64,000 nucleotides of DNA from a virus (taxonomy: Duplodnaviria; Caudoviricetes). Position 1 is the first letter of the stretch. Each line of letters begins with the position of its first letter. The notes below the pieces were generated by a model that made no database searches, had not been told where the DNA came from, and worked only from the letters and a program-made list of their open reading frames with translations. The DNA is taken from positions 12,489 to 76,488 of IMG/VR virus record IMGVR_UViG_2910441116_000002. One strand, given 5' to 3'. Below are positions 57,199 to 64,000 of this stretch, piece after piece. The position numbers were made by a program, and so were the translations under genes.

Positions 57199-58477
57199 CT
57201 ACAACCCGCGCTTTCCGGCGCCTGCCCACTTGCGTACCTCGCGGTCGGCCTTGTCGAGTTCGGCGTGCAGACGGTCGATTTCCGCGAGTAATTTCGGGAT
57301 ATCTTCGCGGGAGTGGGCGATAAAGTCTGCGTCCTTAGTACGCTTACAGTCCGCAACTAATTCGACCCCTGTTTCCGTAAAGCCGTCGTATACTTGCACG
57401 TACGGACTATCCTCGTAAAATACGTCGTCGAAATTCGTCCACGGCCCTTCCGTCGCATTGTCAGCCCGTTCGCGGATTGCCGCCAGTTCGTTTTCCGTTA
57501 ATCCTTCGCTCATCTACTCGTCCTCCCCTTTGCTCAACTTCGCCAACATTTCCGCCGCTATTTCTCGCATTTCCGGTGAGCCGTGGTTGTACAAATCGAG
57601 GTAACAGTCGATCTTGTACTTCCGTTCGGCTTCGGCCTCTTTTCGCTCGTTTTCCGCTTTTAGTTTACGTTGCTTTTCCGCCGCTTTTCCTAGCCCGCTA
57701 AACTCCTCGCCCCACTCATCCCCGTAATTTTGGTGCATATTCTCCGCCTCCTCTTTCGAATTTGGTGAATCCGCGCGCCATTCCTTCTCCATCATCGGAA
57801 ACTTCGGTCGTTCGAGCCATTCCTCCGCAAATCCTACGTCCGGGCCTTCGCCTTCTAACGCATATCGCCAAGTCCGATCACCGTCGTCCCAACTGAACGA
57901 AACTACGGAATAGTACAACGGAGTCCCGTCGAGGTCTTCTATCGCGTATTCCTTCGTATATGGATTGACGGTGATTACGTCGTCGCCTGCGGAAAACAGC
58001 GGGGAGCTTACGTCCTCCTCATGCGTAACCTCTCCTTCGGCGCCGAGGAATACGAGCGTGGTTAGGTCGGTCGATTCCGCGGCGTTCGCTTGAGTTACGT
58101 TTACATTCCGTTTGCCGGATAATTTTATGAAAAAATGCGTAGCAACTAAAGCGCCGGCGGTTGCGGTTAGGATGCCGGTTAGTAGCGTCGTTGTCGGTTT
58201 ATTTCGCATGTTATTCCTCCTCTTCTTCGTACTTTCTCGCTCCGAATACTGTTTTACCGTCCCTCTCAACGAAAGCCCAACCGCCTGTCACAGCCTCTTC
58301 TCGTACTCTGATTACAAAACCCATATTCAGCCGGGCTTCTTTATAGGCGCTTTCGAAATTTGGGAATTTATAAAATCCTTCGAAGTCGTATTCGTAATAC
58401 TGCCCGTGACTTCCTATAGTAGAACGCAACTCCTTATCCGGATTCTCTGCCGACTTCACTTTGTAATACTCTTCCAT
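57199..58477 (-). other. Three hypothetical early ORFs (57199-57513, 57514-58209, 58211-58477)
   Basis: Coupled ORFs; the first has the common ATEGPW...DADFIAHSREDIPKLL phage motif. Confidence 0.6.
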
Positions 58478-59257
58478 CTATCTCCGCCCCCTTTTCGATT
58501 CTCCTGCGAATGGTACTTTCATGCACATATCGCCAATCCGATCCGCCAATCTCTCCTCGCCGAACAAGTCGACTAAATCCTGCGTAACTCTCGGATCCTT
58601 TGTTCCCTCGTACTTTATCGGCAAATTCGATGTGTATACGCTAGGTAACCGATTTGTTACGCGGTAATTGATGACCGTATGCAAGTCGTTCGTAAAATTT
58701 TCCGTATAGTCCCTCGTCCCAATATCGTCGCAGACTAGGAAGTCTACGTGCTTTGCCCGTTCCATCATCGTATAGTATCGTTTAGCTGCCGGCTCTGCGA
58801 TTGAATCCGGAACCTTGCTACGGTTGAATTGGTTGTAGTCCGCGTGCCAATCGGATACGTCGAGGAATAACGCCGGTCGTTGCTTCGGTGTAAGTCCGCG
58901 TTGGATACTCCCGATAAAGTGCGTAAGCAGGTACGCGTTTAATATCGCAGCCGCTGACGTAGATTTCCCGTTACCAGGATTCGGCGAGTGGAGGTACAGC
59001 GACTTTATCTGCGTTGGGTCTTCGCCGAATTGCCGGCTGAACGTTTCCGCGTACTTGTCGAACATGTCGTAAACTTTCGGCTGGCTTTCGCGGGCGGGTG
59101 CGTTTTCTAGCGTGATTAGTCGATAGTCTTCCGGCAAGCCCGCCGCGCCAACTCGACCGCCTCGTCCGCTTGCTCCGTGAAACGCTATATGCGCCGAACT
59201 TTGCGGGGAGCAGGCGTCTTTCGTTAGTCCGTCGAGTAGGCAGCGTTTCTTCGTCAT
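58478..59257 (-). CDS. DnaC/IstB-like helicase loader ATPase
   Basis: PGNGKS, LVCDDIG, INYR...YTSN, RLADRI. Confidence 0.88.
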   Translation of the reverse strand: MTKKRCLLDGLTKDACSPQSSAHIAFHGASGRGGRVGAAGLPEDYRLITLENAPARESQPKVYDMFDKYAETFSRQFGEDPTQIKSLYLHSPNPGNGKSTSAAAILNAYLLTHFIGSIQRGLTPKQRPALFLDVSDWHADYNQFNRSKVPDSIAEPAAKRYYTMMERAKHVDFLVCDDIGTRDYTENFTNDLHTVINYRVTNRLPSVYTSNLPIKYEGTKDPRVTQDLVDLFGEERLADRIGDMCMKVPFAGESKRGRR

Positions 59258-59930
59258 TTAAACACCTTCTTTATTGCGGAATTCGATACGACCTTCGTTT
59301 CTAAAACGCCAGCACTATTTTGGAAAACTACCTTCCCTTTTTCGCCATCTTTCCGCTCAATAACTTCGTATATTCTGTATTTACCTTTGACTCCGTTCCA
59401 GTCGGTCGTCGTTATAAATACGCCTGCTTCTCTCATCTACTTACCCCCTAACCTTGAACATCGTGATCTACGAAAGATTTAACCCAAACAATACTCAGCA
59501 CAAATGTAAATGTGAATGTGATTAGAAATAGCCTCATCGGCATCATTTCTAGGAAAAGTACAGGTGTCATTGCTAATAAAGTAGGAACGCCTAGTGCTAA
59601 AAAGAGCCGCCACAAACCATATAGAAGCATTACTAAATTTGGTATTAGATATTTAACCATTTCGATCACCTCCGTTACATTGTCCGATTATATAAAGATT
59701 CCATTTCGCTCTCTATCGAATCATATCCGTATTTCATTTCGAAGTTAGGAAACAACGGCTCACTTACGGTTGTTCCTAAATGCCTAGCGGTCAATACGAT
59801 TTTGTGCGTGTTCATTTCGTATAGAACGCTAACCGTAAAAACTGGTGGACACTCATCTCGTTTGTACTTTTCGGAAGTAATCCGATCAACTTCCGTCTGG
59901 ATCAAGTCAATTACGTTCATACACGCCTCC

Positions 59931-60371
59931 TTATAGCCAATCCTCGTACTCCCCCGCGTCAAACTCCGCTGCTTCTACTTCGTCCTCTTTTCGCTTTGCC
60001 TCCGCTCTCTGCTCCGCGGCTACTTCCGCCTGAGCTTTCGGGAACTTATCGCTCATATACGAGTACATAAACGAAAAACTGGCGTAAGGGTATTCGGCTT
60101 TCGGCGTGTATTCCGTTACGCATTTTTCGATGAACCGCTTAAGGACGGCGTTTCCGTAATTAGCCTGCGCGGTTTTCATCATTCCGAGTTCCCGCCGCCA
60201 CCTTTCCGCCTTTGCGCCTCCGCCGGTTGGCTCGTAATCTACGCCAAATTGTTCCGCGGTCAGGCTCGTAAGATACGCGGTGAATGTCCGGCAATTCCAT
60301 TCGGCGAGGGGTAGATCGCGCCAGTTGTCCGACTTAACCTTACGCTTGTTTTCCGGTTGCTTTTTCGCCAT
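59931..60371 (-). CDS. Conserved replication-module protein (possible loader partner)
   Basis: Upstream of the DnaC-like gene; WN..TF..YL, YP..SF.FM.SYM. Confidence 0.55.
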   Translation of the reverse strand: MAKKQPENKRKVKSDNWRDLPLAEWNCRTFTAYLTSLTAEQFGVDYEPTGGGAKAERWRRELGMMKTAQANYGNAVLKRFIEKCVTEYTPKAEYPYASFSFMYSYMSDKFPKAQAEVAAEQRAEAKRKEDEVEAAEFDAGEYEDWL

Positions 60372-60838
60372 TATTTCGCCTCCTCATCTTTCATGAATAC
60401 AGCCCAATGCGTTTTGCTTCGTCTGTTACCGAATAAAGGTTTCTCCCCGAAAACTTTTAGAATCTCTCTGAGTTTTATTTGGTCATCATTCCATTTAAAG
60501 ATAAGTGTCCCGTTTGGTTTCAGTACGCGCATACACTCGTCAAATCCTTGCTTTAAATCACTCTTCCAGTTTTCATCTAGCTTCCCGTACTTTTTGGCCA
60601 TCCAGGAATTATCACCTATCTTTAGTAAATGAGGAGGATCGAAAACGACCATGTAAAAAGATTCGTCTTCAAATGGCATGTCTCGAAAATCTGCGACTAC
60701 GTCCGGCTTGATTTCTAACTTACGCCCGTCGCACAACTTATCCTCTAACTCTCGTTTATCCATAAACGTAACGTCCTCGTTATCACGGTCGAACCAAAAC
60801 ATTTTACTTCCGCAACAAGCGTCTAATACTCTCGTCAT
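60371..60838 (-). CDS. Short class I SAM-dependent methyltransferase
   Basis: VLDACCGS, FDPPH, RVLKPNGTLIFKW. Confidence 0.85.
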   Translation of the reverse strand: MTRVLDACCGSKMFWFDRDNEDVTFMDKRELEDKLCDGRKLEIKPDVVADFRDMPFEDESFYMVVFDPPHLLKIGDNSWMAKKYGKLDENWKSDLKQGFDECMRVLKPNGTLIFKWNDDQIKLREILKVFGEKPLFGNRRSKTHWAVFMKDEEAK

Positions 60839-62008
60839 TTATTCGCTCAGCCCCTTTTGTAATCTCCGTTCGGTTTCCCGTAAGTCTGCGATAACCTCCT
60901 TCGAAAGCTCGCGGGAATGGACGTCGGTAAATGTTCGGATTCTTAACGCCGCGTCCCGTCGCGCTGCTTCGTGATAGGCGGCCTCAAGCGTCGCTTTTAA
61001 TGCGGACTGCCAGCCGGTTAACTCTTCCGCCCGCTTACGTACTTTACTCGCCATTATTCCTTTACCTCCCCTGTATTTTTAGGATGGCGGAATACCATTT
61101 CGATTTTATCTGAAAGGCTGACGTGTACAGCTGGATTCATTCCGCCGCACGCGTACGTAGATTGTTTCGTAAAAACTACGACATAATAAGCTTCTACCGA
61201 AGTTACGACTCCCATATCGTAATACTTTAAGAACGGCTTACCGAAAAACTTAGCGTCGTAAACGGGGAACTTAATAACGTCACCGACCCATATTTTAGTG
61301 TTGTCCCATGCTTCGGTTCTTTTCGTGAACTCATTCGCCGGCATCGGTTAGCGCCTCCTTCGTAGGTACGAGCAGCGCCCGTAGAAGCTCCGTGCTCATT
61401 TCGTAGACGCCTTGCCGCTCGTATTCCGCTATGAACTGATATACGGTATCAAGCTTGCGGCGGGCGTCCGCTTTTTCGGCGATTAGCGTTTCGACTTCGG
61501 AAACTAAATCCGTAACGTCATCCGCCGTATGCATTCCGACCCTTTCGTCCGCTCGGTTCCGCATATCTTCGAGTTGCTGCGTGGTTAGTCTAGTCATAAT
61601 TTATCGCTCCCTCTCCGTTTGGCTTCTGTTTAATTTCGCCTATTTTCCGCCGTTCTGACGCCCGTTTTCCTCCGTAGATGACCTATACCCCTTGCGCGGT
61701 TATTCCGCCTGCAAAACGCCGCTAATTTCCCGGCGAAACTCCGTGAGTTCTTCGCGTAACTCGGAGAGCGACGTTGCTTCCGATTCTTTCATCCGGGCAT
61801 CGACGATTTTATCGAGTGCGTGATCGAGGTTTCCGTGATACGATACCTCCGTCCATTTTTCGTGCTTTTCCGGCGATGCGCCTTCGGCTTTGCGTTTCTG
61901 CCAGTTCGGAGATTTCGTGGGGTCGACCGTTTTCTTCCGGTTGATAATCCAGTTGTACGAGTCAGACGTGATTTTAAATCCTCCGCTAAATTCGATATTT
62001 ACGCTCAT
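60839..62008 (-). other. Four small early ORFs (60839, 61054, 61331, 61700)
   Basis: Coupled ORFs with RBSs. Confidence 0.55.
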
Positions 62009-62292
62009 GTTATCGTGCTCCTTCCGGCGGCGCTGCGGCCACCTTTCTTTTTATTTTAATTTTTCTTTTAGGTTTAATACCTTTGCGTAACTCATACCCT
62101 GACTACGCCATTCCTTTATTACGATTAGGTTTTTACGTAGTGGATAGGTAGGAGATTGAGCTTGCGAATATCTCCCGAGCTTCGTTCGCCTATTACTTAA
62201 TTCTTTTTAAAATAATTCTTTAATTACTAAGTTCTTTTTCTTATACCTATAAGGAGAGATAAACTTACCATGCGGTAAAATATAATATCCCA

Positions 62293-62745
62293 TTAGGTAG
62301 AAAAGTAAGGCTTTTTACCTTTGCCGAGCATTTTAGCAACGTCCGGATCTTCGTTAACTACTCGCTGCAAATTTCTAAAATATTGTGCTTCATGTTGTTT
62401 AAAAACGTCCTTTTCGTAAGGGTGGTTCACGTAATAAATGTGTTTTGGTCTCCCTCTTCCTGACGGTTGGTGTTCAATGCGAATTAAATCGACTGCTTCA
62501 AGTATTGATTCACACCGTTTAATTTGCGTGAAATTGTAATTGAATTCCTCGATAATCTTTTTTCGCCCCACCCATGACTTACCTTCTTTCTCTGTGCCTT
62601 TTTCGTTGTTCTTGTAACGCAGCAAGAAAAGATAGTAAAGCGTTGCTTTGTCTCCAATATAGTGATGGTAATCGTCGAATATTTCGTGGAACATTTTCGA
62701 ATAACCGCCCGACCTTTCTCGGCCAGATCTAATTGTATCGCTCAA
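62293..62745 (-). CDS. wHTH protein resembling a replication-initiator N-terminal domain
   Basis: GYSKM..EIFD.Y...IG..A..YY.FL, SW....I..., L...DLI, GRPKHIY. Confidence 0.7.
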   Translation of the reverse strand: MSDTIRSGRERSGGYSKMFHEIFDDYHHYIGDKATLYYLFLLRYKNNEKGTEKEGKSWVGRKKIIEEFNYNFTQIKRCESILEAVDLIRIEHQPSGRGRPKHIYYVNHPYEKDVFKQHEAQYFRNLQRVVNEDPDVAKMLGKGKKPYFST

Positions 62746-62768
62746 TCAATCGCCTCCTTCGTTTTTCC

Positions 62769-62806
62769 TTCTACGTGATATAGCGTTCTCGGTATAAATT
62801 CGTGCC
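62769..62806 (-). promoter_or_regulatory. Candidate phage-sigma promoter heading the early operon
   Basis: GGCACGA-N16-CTATATCACGTAGAA. Confidence 0.6.
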
Positions 62807-62952
62807 AGCTAACACAAATTTTTTTCATCCTCTACTCAATAAGACGTATCCACCAACCATTTCGCGCAAATTTACGCTAACTTTTTCGTCCTCTTATAAT
62901 TTAATCCCCGCGAACTTACGTATTCTTGCTAGCAACCACGGAAATTTTCCAC

Positions 62953-62983
62953 AAAAAAAGCGCCAACCCCGAAAGGTTGACAC
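62953..62983 (-). terminator. Terminator after the prophage integrase
   Basis: GTGTCAACC-TTTCG-GGGTTGGCGC-like stem followed by T7. Confidence 0.75.
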
Positions 62984-63025
62984 AATTATCCGCGTACACA
63001 ATTTGTATACGCCGCTCTATTCGCT

Positions 63026-64000
63026 TCATATAAGTTTTTCCAACGGACTAAATCGCTTGTGGCTTTCCGCAACATCATTCCCGTAAAGGTTGACGTAATT
63101 TCTTACCATCTCGATACTCGCATGTCCGAGCACGTACTGCAGCGCAAATATATCCGCGCCGTTCTGCACCGCTAATTTAGCGAACGTATGCCGGAAAGTG
63201 TGTGGACTGCACCGGACATTCTTAATATCCGCCATCCGCCCGTACTTCCGGATTCTCGATTGCAGCTGACGGACACTTAACGCTTGGTTGTCGATGTTGA
63301 CGAATAACGCCTCTAAGTCGATCTCGCCGCGTACGGAAAGATACCGCTTAAGCTGGCGTTTCATCGTCGTTTGAATCGGAACCAATCGCTCCTTATAGCC
63401 CTTCCCGTTAATCCGGATTTGCGAATCTTCCCACGTGATGTCCTTTACGCGAATATCCGTTAGCTCCCGTGCGCGAACGCCCGTTTCGATTAATAACGAA
63501 AGGATCGTATAATCACGCAATCCCGTAAACGTAGCGAGGTCGGGTTGGCGGAGGATGTGTCGTAATTGCTCCCGGCTGAACGTCTCGATGACCGTCCGCT
63601 TTTGCTTGACGAGTCGTAGCCTTTCCGCCGGATTCTCCGAAATCAACGCCTCTCGATGGAGGAAATTAAAGAACGATCGAATTGCGCGGAGCCGAGTATT
63701 AATCGACGCCTCTTTCCGACCGAGTACCTCCATCATATAGTAGATTACGTTTTCCCGGATAATCTGCAGCGTAATTTTATCGGGCGTCGTCGGGAGGTCT
63801 TGCGCTTCCAACTGCCCGCGAAAAGCGATTAGCTCATTCCGGTAATATTTAATCGTATGTTCCGATAGATTCCGTATTTTACAGTCGCGTAAAAAGGCGT
63901 GCAGGCAGACTTCGAAGTCCTCGGGGGTTACGCCCCTCACCGCTTGTCCTGCGCTCTCTGCGCCGCTTAAATCGCCTATTACGTTACTTCTCCGTGCCAT
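63026..64000 (-). CDS. int: Prophage tyrosine integrase
   Basis: TGVRAREL, GKG, SPHTFRHTFA, LGH, NYV. Confidence 0.93.
   Translation of the reverse strand: MARRSNVIGDLSGAESAGQAVRGVTPEDFEVCLHAFLRDCKIRNLSEHTIKYYRNELIAFRGQLEAQDLPTTPDKITLQIIRENVIYYMMEVLGRKEASINTRLRAIRSFFNFLHREALISENPAERLRLVKQKRTVIETFSREQLRHILRQPDLATFTGLRDYTILSLLIETGVRARELTDIRVKDITWEDSQIRINGKGYKERLVPIQTTMKRQLKRYLSVRGEIDLEALFVNIDNQALSVRQLQSRIRKYGRMADIKNVRCSPHTFRHTFAKLAVQNGADIFALQYVLGHASIEMVRNYVNLYGNDVAESHKRFSPLEKLI

Larger units (their letters stand above)
1249..64000 (-). mobile_element. Temperate siphovirus-like prophage (about 63 kb) integrated at tRNA-Leu
   Basis: Complete, ordered integrase, replication, packaging, head, tail and lysis modules between the tRNA and the right-edge integrase. 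Confidence 0.93.

Overview
Nearly the whole window (about 1.25-64 kb) is one temperate siphovirus-type prophage of a Bacillaceae host; the acidic proteins suggest a halophile (inference). It is written almost entirely on the minus strand. Reading right to left: tyrosine integrase; replication genes (DnaC-like loader, DnaB-like helicase, primase, family A DNA polymerase, PD-(D/E)XK nuclease, RuvC-like resolvase); an AT-rich lysis/lysogeny control island; nucleotide metabolism (class II RNR, PhoH, dUTPase, ThyX); DNA methylases; packaging, head, tail and lysis genes; lipoprotein morons; and an FtsK/relaxase/pilin-like module. The phage ends in a complete tRNA-Leu(CAA) with its own upstream promoter. 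A second, homologous integrase follows, marking another element integrated in tandem. The best hidden signal is an arbitrium-type peptide communication system: an AimR-like receptor (51912-53045) plus a 50-aa pro-peptide that is absent from the ORF track (51745-51897, ending QEDPGRGGGGG). It appears to be wired directly to a phage sigma-factor-like gene, and a candidate promoter motif for that factor recurs three times in the genome. Other signals: AUC/AUA starts on terminase, portal and tail-tip genes, an internal start in the endolysin, two structured ncRNA candidates, a -1 frameshift, iterons, and a DnaJ-type zinc finger on the portal. All family assignments come from motif recognition by eye; no searches were run.
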